Part shown: positions 12,535-24,409 of the stretch, piece by piece | Layout: each line of letters starts with the position of its first letter | Numbering within the stretch: position 1 is the stretch's first letter | Assembly: GCA_951406725.2 (NCBI GenBank) | Contig: OX597814.1 | Location: forward strand, 203,794,001-203,858,000 | Reading direction: 5' to 3' | Length of the DNA: 64,000 bases | From: Octopus vulgaris | Taxonomy: Eukaryota | The notes under the pieces: generated by a model | The model's input: only the letters and a program-made list of their open reading frames with translations | Database searches by the model: none | Told to the model about the DNA's origin: nothing | Program-made: the position numbers and the translations under genes

Positions 12535-13580
12535 CTGAAAAAGACAAAAAAGGAAAAGTAAAAATATTGACTTCTAGCCATGTTGTGTTGTAACGATATT
12601 CTATTAAAGATGAAAACTACAGAATTGGGTTAAACAGTAACTGGACACTCATGCTTAATAAATATTAAAAAAAAAAAATGGTTGAGTTTTGTTTTCCTGC
12701 TGATAAATCTTGATCAATGACTATTTAAAAATACTTGGTGATTCAGTGATGCTGTGAAATAATGTGCCACATATATTTTTAATAAAACAACAATTTATAT
12801 CCTTTTAATTAGTTTTTAATTTCTCTGTCTAAGTGAATCAATAAGCAGAATGAATTGAATGTTTAGAATGAACAAAAAAGAAATGAAGTATTTAGTATTT
12901 GAAAGTTTGAGTGAAATCAGAGCCAATTGCTTTAATTATAATTAATTAAACAATGTGCTATCATTGAGATTTGTTATGAAGGTAAGCCATATACATTTAT
13001 ATGTGCTCTCAGATAATATATTAGGCAGAAAAAGAAAAATGAGATTAGTGATTAATTAATTAATATACTAAGTGTCATGAGTGCTGTACTGTTCCTTGTG
13101 ATTAATTTACAGAGTGTCATAGGTGCTGCGTTGTTCCTAAGTGAATAAAAACATCTTTCTCAAATTGCTTTCCTTGGGAAGTTAATCCCTGTGTTGTTTG
13201 TAGGTGAGAGAGGGACATGAGAAAGACATGCCAATCAGCAGATGGTGTACGAAGTTAGTAAGAAGCTGAAACGAAGATCAAGAGTGATTTTTTTAATACT
13301 GCAAATGGCTAGTAGACAATGTGATGTGCTCTAGAAAGAGGTAAATCTAGCTGGTGAATTAGGATTAGAAACTTCTGTTGTTGACTAAAATACTTGCTGT
13401 TGCATAAATCAGTTGTGCAGTCAGCGATGGCCATCTTTAAGAGGTCTTTTGGATTTCAGCTGGAATAAAAACACCAAATTCTGGTTCAGAGCAAACAATT
13501 CATAGTTAATCCTCGTTCCACACTTTGGTTTTAGTATAACAATTATGGAAGATTATGACTTTATATTAATAAAGAAAAGA

Positions 13581-13583
<3 letters not shown>

Positions 13584-13652
<69 letters not shown>
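13584..13652. repeat. Compound (TA)n(GA)n microsatellite
   Basis: Directly visible. Confidence 0.95.
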
Positions 13653-13656
<4 letters not shown>

Positions 13657-13981
13657 TAAGCAGTATAATCTAACTGCTGCAAATATAAATGTTATTGTTA
13701 TCGGAAATATTTAACACCAGGCAAATTAAAGATTATATTAGTGGAAGGAAACAATTTAAATATAAATTTATTAGTATATTAATTACACATAGACACACAC
13801 ACAATTATCGATTTGGGAATGTTTGAGCTATTTTGAGACTTATTTTTAACTCTCTTCATGCCACCTCTTCTGAGACTGCTGAGAGAGAGTTCTAGAATAC
13901 AGCATTCATGCTTTAAAATGATTTCTATGAAAATCTTCCATCAAAATTTTGTATTTATTTATGTTTCAAATACCAGCTTAA

Positions 13982-15054
13982 CCCTTTCGTTACCAAACCG
14001 GCCTGAAAAAAATTTTGGTTAATGTGACCAAACTGCCCAAACCCACCCGTATTTACCTATTCATATTTAAATGAGAATATCAGAGCAAATCTCTTTAGTA
14101 CATTCGTGAAAACATGTATTATACTTCGTAAACAGTTCAACTACAGTTTTGTACAAGAATCGAAGTGTAATTTTAATTCCGTGAATTTTGGGAGATTTTT
14201 TTCCAAAATTTGTTCCTATTGTGTTTTTAAAATTTGTAATTCTGACAAAAAATGGATACAAATTTCATTATATCAAGCAGCAAGTCAGAATTCGAAGGAT
14301 TTTCTACTGAAGACCTTGATAAATCTAACTCTATGACTGAAAAAAAAAAGCATATGGTATTTGATAATGAATCTGATGTTTCATTTTCCGAAAGTGAAAA
14401 CAGTGAATCCGAGAGCTCCAACAGCGATAAAGAAAATGAATTGGCACCTGAATGGAGTGAAAATTTAAAAACTGTTTCTTTTGGTGATTTTTCTGAAGAA
14501 ACTGGACCAAGCCACAGACTTTCCCAGGAGAGTAAAGCCTTAGACTATTTCTTTTTACTTTTTTGAATGAGCCTATTTGAAATCATTACGGCGGAAACGA
14601 ACCGTTATGTTGAATGTAAACAAAGCAAAAGAAAGGATAGTTTGTGGTTTCCCACAACCTTAAATGAAATTAAGATTATTTTGCCATAAATATTATTATG
14701 GGTATCAGAAAGTTACCCAGAATAACAAATTCTATCGTAAAATTTTGTTGTATACCCAATTGAATATTAGCTAATAACCCATTTTCTATAGCGGTGTTTG
14801 AACAAAATTTTAATAATTTTATATTTTGTTGAATTTACCTGTACCTACCTGCAATTAGAGTCACTTTGTGACAAAAATTATAGTATAGAATTGGTTGAGA
14901 ACATTTCATTAAATTATCTTCCAAAAATCACATTAATATATTGATAAATAAAAAAGTTATAGTTGTTTAATGAAACCAGACTAAATTTATGATTATGTTA
15001 GAAATTAATTGAAACACATAACACATTTTGGTCAGAAATATAGTAACGAAAGGG
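13982..15054 (+). mobile_element. Internally deleted piggyBac transposon with a PGBD-like transposase N-terminal remnant
   Basis: TTAA|CCCTTTCGTTAC...GTAACGAAAGGG|TTAA. Acidic N-terminal ORF 14252-14566 continues past a stop into EIITAETNRY and WFPTTLNEI, then after a frameshift IIMGIRKLP, typical of piggyBac transposases. Confidence 0.9.
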
Positions 15055-16029
15055 TTAATAATGACATATTTTACTAAATTGTTTAGTCTAAAAGCTGATT
15101 GAAATAATTTAGTCTAATTTATAGAAAGATGGTAACAAAAGTGACAAAATGCAGATAACTTTTAATTCCATTCATGATAAACAAAAACTGTACAAGTTAA
15201 TGTTTTTGCTGGTCAATAAATCAATGTAGTTTACACTGATCATTATAAATTGTACAGATGATATGAGGTTTCAATTTCAGCATAAAAATATCTCATTTGA
15301 TAATATCCAACACAGAAAAGAAAAATGTTGCAAATGGAGTGAATGTTATGAAGTTGGCCATAATGTTCTGCAAGTTGACCGATGAATCAATGTATACGTT
15401 TGCGTGTTTCAGTACACACACACACACACACACACGTTTGTCATGCATCTTTGCAACATAGACAAGAATGTGTAGATATTGATACAAAAGTTCAACACCT
15501 TTGGTAAAACAGTCCATGATGAAAACACCAGGCATCTTAGATACTGGCAAAATGTCTGGTGAGCTTGTAGTAGCTCTTGATTAAGTTTGGTCACAACTTT
15601 GTTAGCAAGTCAGTTACTGTTCTGTCTGGTAGTATTTGGGTTCTCAGTAAAAGCATTGGAATTGATGAAGATGACTTCATCGCTGGTCTGCTGTGGCTGT
15701 TGAAAATACCATTGTTACGATGACTACCAGATACACTACTACAACCAGTGGTACCTTTGGGACATGGATTGATACACTGCAGCCTGGTACTATGTCTTTG
15801 AGTTGAGACAACTGGCTTAGCTGAGAGTTTAACAACTGAATTTATTAAGAAGTGGGAGCACTAAATAATGGTATGGGAAATTGCAATGTTATTTATCAGT
15901 GCAAATATGCATTCAAACTGGGGGGACAAGCTACTCATTGAGTTTAGTCACGGAGAATATATCTCGCTTCTTGACAAATGGTAGGTGTATACACACACCT
16001 ACATCAGTTCACAGCACCATCTGCCTGGA

Positions 16030-16077
16030 CTGTGAGATGCTAGCATTTCAGAGCAGTTGTCTCCTCATCAGTTGCAG
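16030..16077 (-). ncRNA. Minimal type-I hammerhead ribozyme motif (intact core, damaged stem I)
   Basis: Minus strand: CUGCAA-CUGAUGA-GGAG(ACAACUG)CUCU-GAAA-UGCUAGCA-UC-UCACAG. Stem III AUGCUAGCAU is palindromic and the triplet is AUC. Confidence 0.7.
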
Positions 16078-16123
16078 ACGACACTGCGAACTGAATTAAG
16101 AGATCACTTCTTCTGCTTGGTGT

Positions 16124-16171
16124 CTGTGACCGATGAGGAGACAACTGCTCTGAAATATTAACATCTCACAG
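16124..16171 (+). ncRNA. Minimal hammerhead motif (perfect stem I, U4C core variant)
   Basis: CUGUGA-CCGAUGA-GGAG(ACAACUG)CUCU-GAAA-UAUUAACA-UC-UCACAG. Confidence 0.65.
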
Positions 16172-18162
16172 TCTAGGCAGATGGTGTTGCAAGCTGATGT
16201 AGGTGTATACACACCATTTGTCAACAAGCAAAATATATTCTCCATGACAAAATGCAGTGAATAGCTTGTTCCCCAGTTCGAATGTGCATCAAATGTATTC
16301 GGGCTGATAATAACATTGCAACTTGATTTGTCAAGTACCTCCCCACTCCCTATGAGAGCTCTTCTGAACAGCAATTCAAACCTGCTTTATTTGTCTAAGT
16401 CACCAGTTGATTAGAAAAGTGATGATATAGGACCAGTTGTCGATGAAATATGAATATTAACCAATTAATTTGTAATATTATGATGTAGGAATATTGTGTT
16501 TGGTTGGATGAATGATTACAAAGTGTCTCTATATTAGCTCAGAATGACAATTTGATGATGTTTGTGTGATGGGAATGTTCTGATGCAGGGTCGACATGAA
16601 GGCTTTTGAAAAACATTTAAGTATATTTCATCTCAGAACAGTAAAAAGGATTTTCTTTAAAAAAGTTAAGTTTCTTTTTACATCCACTTTTCCATGCTTG
16701 CATAGGTTGAACAGAGTTTACTGAGGCAGATTTTTGTATTGCTGGATGCTCTTTCTGTCATCAACCCTCACCTGTTTCTAAGCAAGGTAAATATTTCCCA
16801 ATGGCCACACATGTTCCCGCAGAATACTGGAAAGGCATGACATTGCTTTGTATGACAGTGACAATCATTTGCAACTATCAGTTGTAAATGACAAGAAGAT
16901 ACAAACACACATATATATAGACACAACAGGCTTCTTCCAGTCTTTGTCTACCAAACCCATTCACAAGGCTTTGGTTAACCATTCACAAGGCTTTGGTCAC
17001 TTAGTGGAACTGAATCCAAAACGATTTGGCTCGCTTCTTTACATCACAGCCTACAGTAGATTCTTTTGATAAATACAAATTTTACCATTCAGTAACTCCA
17101 CAGCATATTTTATTTGTTGTTTAACCCAGGTCAGTCCTGCTCAAATAGATTGATGATTAAAGCTTTTTCAGCCTTGTCACTCCATCTGGTTCCAGCTCAG
17201 CATATGCAAACTTATATTGTAGGCATACAACTTTGTCGAATTTACTTACTAAAAAAAGTAGTCAGTCTGTTAATATACATATAAAATCTATTAACTCCAG
17301 AGAATAGGAGCTACTAATTTGCATGCTATAAGGATTTAACAGTTTTACTTAAAATCAAAAGCCTGTCAACAGGGAATTCTTTCTGTTTTAAGACAGTTGG
17401 ATGATAACAAGACGGGCATTTTGCTCCTATTTCTAACACCTGAACCATCACCTACACCTTCCCTCGTTAGCTTGTATTTCAGTTACATGAAGCATGAACC
17501 AGCTATTTGCTGCTTTAGACTTTCCAACTTCCTGAAAGATCAAATTTAAGGTTCTGATCCTGTTTCAGTGCTGAGCTGTGATTGGTTGAAAAGCAATATT
17601 AAATTATTGCAGAAATAGTTGCATGCTCAGATTACTTAATTGGGTTCCAGCTGCACTGAACATTAAATCCCTGGCTGTTTTACAAACGTGTCATCCTAGA
17701 ATGCACAACAAACCCTCATCCCTGCCCAAAAGTTCTACTTTATATTGTTTCAATGTTTTTCTCTTGCTTTAATATTTTTCATTTATAAAATTAAATACTT
17801 AACGAAGATTTGTTCATTTAGTGATGGAGTGTGAACATTATTTTTGATCTTATGTTTCTATAGCTTCATTAAAATTAATTATGTCAGCATCTTTAATTGA
17901 TTTAACATGATAAACTGCTTGAGTTGTAATGTTAGAATCACTACATTGAATACATCAAGATCAATATCTTTCAGTTTGCTACCTCTCTAGCATTTAAACC
18001 GGCCATATCCAGCCCAGATATTCTACCTGTTTTATGGCCAGATCTGGCCTCTCACACCTACTCTACAATGTCATTCTAAAAATAAACTATCACATCATCA
18101 ATCTCTGAAAGAATTGAGATAATCTGTGGTTAATTCAAAACAATGTGAATAAATAAGCATTA

Positions 18163-18420
18163 TCCTGTTGTCTCTGGGGAGAGTCATTTTCTTTTTGTGC
18201 CTTATAATGTAACACACTCACCGATAAAATTTCCACTTATTTCTTATTGCAAGATGCAATGAAAATTTTAGGAAAATAAAAATAAGAAAAAAAGTGGAAA
18301 TTTTACCGGTGAGTGTGTTAAATTATAAGGCACAAAAAGAAAATGACTCCCCCCAGACACAACAGAATATGCTTCAACACACTAACTCGTGTAAAGAATC
18401 TTTCAAACCAAATCCACGAA
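18163..18420. mobile_element. Palindromic Penelope-like insert with a 12-bp TSD, nested in a TTAA MITE
   Basis: aaataagcatta is duplicated at 18151-18162 and 18421-18432. Inverted arms ~18165-18240 and ~18292-18366, plus an unpaired 3' tail. Confidence 0.7.
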
Positions 18421-18713
18421 AAATAAGCATTACATTTGACAAAATATTCTGAATGTTAAAGGATTAATTGCTTGTCTTCATCATAACTTTAACATCTAGT
18501 TTTCCTGGCTTGCATGGAGCAAATGAAATTCATTAAGATAAAACTCCTATGGCCAGATGTTCTTGTTGCCATCTCTCACTTCTTTCCAAGCAGGAGATAA
18601 GATAACTGGACAACTCTCTACTGATCCAATGCTGATTGTCTTCAGCAGCAAATACGTTCCCTAACTCATTGCAGACTGTCAACAAAAGCTGGTGTTTAAC
18701 AATTACAACTTAA

Positions 18714-18933
18714 CCCTTTCATTACCAACCCGGCTGAAACCGGCTCTGGCTCTGAGTACGAATGTCTTGTTTCCATAAGTTTTGAATTAATATCTTCCAC
18801 CAAATGTTAGTCACAATTTATGTTCCTAACACGAGCTGAATGATAACCAAGTTATTTTACTAAATTCTTTGTTATATTTGAAATAATTGAAAGAAACACA
18901 AAGAATCTCAAAATTTATTCAGTAATGAAAGGG
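18714..18933 (+). mobile_element. piggyBac-type MITE (~220 bp)
   Basis: TTAA|CCCTTTCATTAC...GTAATGAAAGGG|TTAA; termini match the element at 13982-15054. Confidence 0.85.
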
Positions 18934-19097
18934 TTAAAGAAAAACTAATGGGGTTCCCGTTGAAAGAAAAATCTCTAAAATTGTAAACACCCCAAAAAAA
19001 ATGTCCAAACTCCGGAGTCTGTGTACCATTTCTCAGTTCTTGGACCAAGGTATTCCTGTCAGATTGTGTCACTGCAGCACAAATCAAAGAGATTTAA

Positions 19098-19137
<40 letters not shown>

Positions 19138-19941
19138 TCAACTTTAGTGTGGCACAACATTTCATCATGGGTCTTATTACACTCTTTATTTCTGTAGATT
19201 AATTACTTTTGCCATATTATCATCCTTCACTCCTCAATCCCCTACAGATATCTTTTACAGCTGCAACACCTCAAAACCCATCCTTCAATGGGAACAAGAC
19301 AACCACATCTTCCTCAACATTACTCAGACACCCACCCACCAGACTTAGAGTTCATTTAATTGTCTACAACCTTTGATGCTGCTAATCAACCCTACGTTGG
19401 CTCGAATCCAGCTGATCTATGTCCAAGACATTGCTGTATTCTCATACATAATATATCTAGAACTACGTTATTCAATGTATCCTTGCTTGTTTAAAAAAGT
19501 GGATTGATTAACAGGAGATTTGGCTGCTGTTTATGGCAGATTGAACAACCAGTAAGAAGCCTCCTTCCATAGTAACCACACCTATTTACATTGCCAAAAA
19601 CTGTATGTCAAAATGTAAAGGTTTAAATCAGGGAGCAGCTGCCACATTATGGTGATGGATTCGTGACCAACGGCTGTGTTGGTTTCCTTAAGACATACAT
19701 GACATAACTTGTCACAGTCCACCAAACTTCATTGTTGACTGGTTTCTAGCAGAAAGATTAAACAGTTGTAAACCTCCACTAACACCTCCCTCTCTCCTCC
19801 ACCCGTGTGCCTTTTAGGCTCCGTCTCCCACATTCCAAGACGACTTGATACACAGCTTCCAAAAATATGAAAATAGTACATAGAAATGTCTGGTAATTTG
19901 TAAGAAAAGAAAATAACTTTTTTTAATGAGAATGTACTCAC

Positions 19942-20025
19942 TTTGGTTGCACAGATGAAGCTTGTTGTCACAACTTTGGCAACAGCGTTCATTAAATTCT
20001 TTGTTTCTTGAATGGCACTATCAAC
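19942..20025 (-). CDS. CTNNAL1: Alpha-catulin exon
   Basis: ttgtctttacag| VDSAIQETKNLMNAVAKVVTTSFICATK |gtgagt; vinculin/catenin tail helix. Confidence 0.93.
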
Positions 20026-20194
20026 CTGTAAAGACAAGTGTTTAAACATTTTAGTGAAATAAGGAAAACATGAACTTGATTGCAGAAGACATTGGATTGA
20101 AGATAACATTTTTGCTTTTGTTAAAAAGATTCTTTAAAGTAAAATATTGTATAAAAACAAATAACAATGGTGAAAATGAAAAAAAATTACTAAC

Positions 20195-20317
20195 TTTATT
20201 AAATGTGGCTGCTTTGCCAAATGTTGGAGCTCGAAGTGTCTTTAGCAACTGTTGACAAAATACTGGAATTCGGTCAAGATGTACAACCAGTTCCTCTTTA
20301 TGACCACTCGCCGGTAC
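20195..20317 (-). CDS. CTNNAL1: Alpha-catulin exon
   Basis: attatcacag| VPASGHKEELVVHLDRIPVFCQQLLKTLRAPTFGKAATFNK |gttagt; 123 nt, phase 0. Confidence 0.92.
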
Positions 20318-21225
20318 CTGTGATAATAATAAAGAGAGAAAAATTAATTAAGTCCATCAGTGATTCAAAAGAAGCTACACAAGAGTAGCTTCTAAAACAC
20401 TTTCCATTCCCTTCTCATGGTTCGTGAGAACAATTTGAGGTCAGCACTGCAAACTCGAAACAACTTGTCATTTATCAGTTCTCTCAATATTTAATGAAGT
20501 AAACTGTGTCATACTATACTTATGGGCCCTTAACTCCTCAATGGAGCCAGGGAGGGGGTCACCATAGCATATGCTTTGGGTAGTTTTAGTTCTGACTGAG
20601 CCCATCCCTCTTCAGATCAGACACCAGTCAATTTCTTTCAGAAGATGAGAAGAAGGCAGATCAACCCCAGTATAGGACTGGTATTGAAAGACAAAGTAGA
20701 TGTCGGAGGGATTTGATCTCAAAGTGCAGAGAGCCAAAACAACTCAAAGCATTTTAACAATTTAATGACTGTCAATTATTCCAGAAGACTGAAGTAAATT
20801 GTACATCCATAAGGATGAACAGGGATGAAGACCGGAAAAAAAACGATGTTACTTGTATGACTAAGCTGTTCATTGACAAACAATCAGGTGATGTCAAGGC
20901 AACACACACGTGTGTGTGTCTGTGAAGGGCTGCTGTCAGTTTTTGTTTACCAAATCCACTCACAAGGTTTTTGTCAGTTCAGGGCTGTAGTAGAAGGTGC
21001 CATGCAATGGGGCTGAACCTCAGACCTTTTTAACTATACAGCCATGTATCTTAAAAATATATATTTTTTTAAAAAACCGTTTGGCCGAATTAAAAACAAA
21101 GCAAAACAGTGATCATCACAAAAGAACCAACAAAAACAATGGTGATGAAGTAAGGAAAGATTGGTTTGTTTCTAATGAATTTGCAGCCTTGTGAAGTATC
21201 AAAGTGATACAAAGCTCTTACTTAC

Positions 21226-21486
21226 TCGTTCAGCAAATTCTTTAACAGTTTTATATAATTTGTTGCCTTCATCAGCAAAATATTTCGCCTGAGTAAATAG
21301 GTCTTGTGTTGTTTTCAAGGGGCCTTCTCCTCGTGTAAATAGATACATGGAAAAAGCCATGCTCGACATATTTTTGGCACGTTTAACAATGTCATTATCC
21401 GCTTCCTCCCATTTGTCAGTCTCAGCATCCATCTCAGATGTAATCAACTTCATTTCTAGACCAAGTTTAGCTATTTTGGCTTGTTC
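21226..21486 (-). CDS. CTNNAL1: Alpha-catulin exon
   Basis: tgtatatttcag| EQAKIAKLGLEMKLITSEMDAETDKWEEADNDIVKRAKNMSSMAFSMYLFTRGEGPLKTTQDLF...EFAER |gtaagt; contains the diagnostic catulin FTRGEGPLKT motif. Confidence 0.96.
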
Positions 21487-21547
21487 CTGAAATATACAAA
21501 TGACAAAAATTACTGATAAAATTTAACAAAATATTGCAAAGACCAAG

Positions 21548-22078
21548 TTAATAGCAGGGGTGGATGCTCCGAGAGTGTAGCTGCTAGAATAAGAATAAGC
21601 TGGGCAAAGTTCAGAGAGCTCTTACCCCTGTTGGCAACAAAGGGCTTCTTGCTCAGAGTGAAAGGCAGATTGCATGATACTTGAGTGTGAACAGCCATGC
21701 TACACGGTAGTGAAACATGGACTGTGACTGCTGAGGACATGTGTAGACTTGAAAGAAATGAAGCTAGTATGCTTCATTGGATGTGCAATGTCATTGCACA
21801 TGTACGACAGTGTGTAAGCATTTTGAGAGAAAGGTTGGGTATAAGAGACATCAGATGTGTTGTGCAAAAGAGACGACTGCACTGGTATGGTCATATGATG
21901 TGTATGGACGAGGACAGCTATGTAAAGAAGTGCCAATCTCTAACAGTGAAGTGGACCTGTGGAAGAGGGTGACCCAGGAAGACATGGGATGAGGTGGTGA
22001 AGCATGATTCTTGAACTTTGGGCCTCATGGAGACAATGGCAAAAGACCAAGACCTTTGGCATTATGCCATGCTTGAGA
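21548..22078 (+). mobile_element. RTE-clade LINE 3' ORF fragment (degenerate)
   Basis: RIRISWAKFRELLPLL...MLHGSETW...RRLHWYGH...CGRG, the typical RTE post-RT C-terminus, with stops. Confidence 0.85.
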
Positions 22079-22284
22079 GGAAGACTTATCATTTATGTAT
22101 TTCGTTTCTGGAGAATGACTTCTTTCAGGTGATGGGAGTCACAAATATACCCGATTCATTGACATGAAGTTGGTTTGAGACCCTGCAGGGCTTCAACTTG
22201 GTTGTGGGTCTTCAGTGAATCTACACAAGAATTTTGGCTCTAATTTATAGATATCTATATCAAAATTTATGGTTTTGATAGGCT

Positions 22285-22535
22285 TGATGTGTCTCCTCAA
22301 GCACAGCAAATCACCAAAGGTCTCGATCGTATGTCATTGGCTCTGTAAGACTCAACACCTGGGGATCATACTCCACCACCTCATGCCATGTCTTCCTTAA
22401 TCTACCCCTTCCACAGGTGCCCTCCATAGTCAGATCAACACTTCCTTACACAGCACTCCCCATCCAAATCCATCACATGACCATACCAGTGCAATCTTCT
22501 CTTTTTCACATCACATCTAATTCATCTTATGCCCA
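22285..22535 (-). mobile_element. RTE LINE 3' fragment, inverted relative to 21548-22078
   Basis: Reverse complement gives GIR...RRLHWYGHVM...EGTCGRVD..KTWHEVV. Confidence 0.7.
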
Positions 22536-22812
22536 CTCCCCTTCAGCCAAAATTTGAAACCATTATTATTATTATCATCATCATCATCAATATTACCATT
22601 TATTAGGCACCAATTCAAATTCTGATAATAAATGTCATAAAAGCAGGAAGTATTTTCCAGGACCTATAATACTGGAACCCAGCTGAGACAACTTTTTTGG
22701 TAAACATTGAGGAGGAATAGAGTAAAGGTGAAGAATTGTTGTTTAGTGTGAATCTTTGGAAAAAACCCAAAAAAACATGGAATTAATAAATAAAAATAAA
22801 AAAGATATTTAC

Positions 22813-22863
22813 CTCTGCATCCAGTTTCACAGGTCGTAGAGATTTGACCATTGTACCATGTTT
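22813..22863 (-). CDS. CTNNAL1: Alpha-catulin small exon (51 nt)
   Basis: ttttcttttccag| KHGTMVKSLRPVKLDAE |gtaaat; joins LPRPG to EQAKIAK in frame. Confidence 0.9.
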
Positions 22864-23739
22864 CTGGAAAAGAAAACTCTATGTTTAGTAAACAAGTCAG
22901 TTGAGGCAGAACTTCAGCTGAACAGCTTATTATGCACAAATGCAGGATTGTATAATGCTTGAAAATTGTGTAGACTTTATGATCAAAAATGTTCTAAGAC
23001 GACCAGGCATTATATTTAGAACTGTACTATAAGATATAACCTTCCTTTCTTAACATGGAAGAGTATAATTTGATAGAGAATTAGTTGTTCTTTTTAGCAG
23101 GAAACTTTCAATAATAAAATTTGAGCATCTTGGAGGATGTCTTAAACACTGAAGACACACTGGATAATAATAAATTTAATGCTTAATTATTTGATAAAAC
23201 TTGGTTGTTCATCAGTTTTAAAGATGTCAACAAAACTTTCCAAAGAATGTTTCAGAAATAAGTAAACAAGTTAAATCTACTGAATAAAGTGTGATACAAT
23301 ACCACCACCACCTTAACTAACACCACTGATCTCTTTAGACATTTCTACATTATATAACATCACTATAGCAATGTTCTGTCCAAATAAAACAATTCTATAC
23401 TCATCATTCAACAAAAGTAATAATGAATTTTCTGATTATAGTTTTGCTTATTCTTGAAAGAGATCTGCAACAGTAAGCTATCAATAACACTTACGAAGGG
23501 TGACTGGAAAATCTGTCCAGAATACTGATCTATTGGAATCTGTCCAGAGATGTGTAACCAGATGAATGCCCTGCCCTCACCCAATTAGCCATTAACCACA
23601 TTTTAACCATCCTGCTTCTCTGGGAACCAACACAGTAAAGCTTTGGCATCTAATGGCTGGCTATGTAGAAGCCCACCAGATTTCCAACAACAACAACCAT
23701 GGCCACCTTTTTGAATTCAATATCTTTATTATTTTTGAA

Positions 23740-23981
23740 TCATCATCATCATCATCATTTAGTGTCCGCTTTCCATGCTAGCATGGGTTGGACGGTTCAA
23801 CAGGGGTCTGTGAAGCCAGAAGGCTGCATCAGGCCTAGTTTGATCTGGCAGTGTTTCTATGACTGGATGCCCTTCCTAACGCCAACCACTCTGTGAGTGT
23901 AGTGGGTGCTGTTTATGTGCCACCCGCACAGGTGCCAGACGGAGCCTGTGCGGGTGGCACGTAAAAAGCACCCACTACACT
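23740..23981 (-). mobile_element. RTE-3'UTR-derived repeat ((GAT)n tail) with a terminal snap-back inversion
   Basis: Same family as 49070-49460 and 57119-57378; 23896-23981 is palindromic. Confidence 0.75.
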
Positions 23982-24409
23982 TATTGCTTAGAAAATTGAA
24001 AAAAGAAAAAAAAAAAAGGCAGTGCAGCATCCAAGACTTTCAAAAGGATTTCCCATTCAGAATTGTTGAAGTATGGAATAAGCACCTACATCCGTTGTTA
24101 ACTGTCAGGACACTGAATTCTTCAAAAATTCCATTCTTCTCAAACCCATCAACACTATTCCTTGCATGTCTATGGACCCTTTCCTACACACTGTTCACTT
24201 TTCTATCTTCTTTTTTTATTTATTCTGTGTAATATGCATATACTTCTAGCTTCTTTTTTTTACTTAATGTATGCCTGTTTTTCACTTTTCCAACGACTTG
24301 TTTCATGTAGCTGATACACTGTATAAGCTGCTCATCATCATCATTATTATTATTATTATTAAGACTATATAGGACTGAGGTAACTCATCCAGAAGTTATA
24401 CACAAATAA

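Larger units (their letters stand above)
15881..16321. mobile_element. ~440-bp imperfect palindrome (inverted Penelope-like pLTR pair) with a hammerhead motif in each arm
   Basis: Arms ~15881-16080 and ~16121-16321 are reverse complements; ORFs 15881+ and 16096- give near-identical peptides. Confidence 0.75.

Noticed and set aside
19729-20109. 126-aa ORF as a full catulin exon or intron-retention isoform
   Set aside because: Only 19942-20025 is catulin-like and bounded by strong splice sites. The flanks translate to low-information intronic sequence, although retention cannot be excluded without RNA data.
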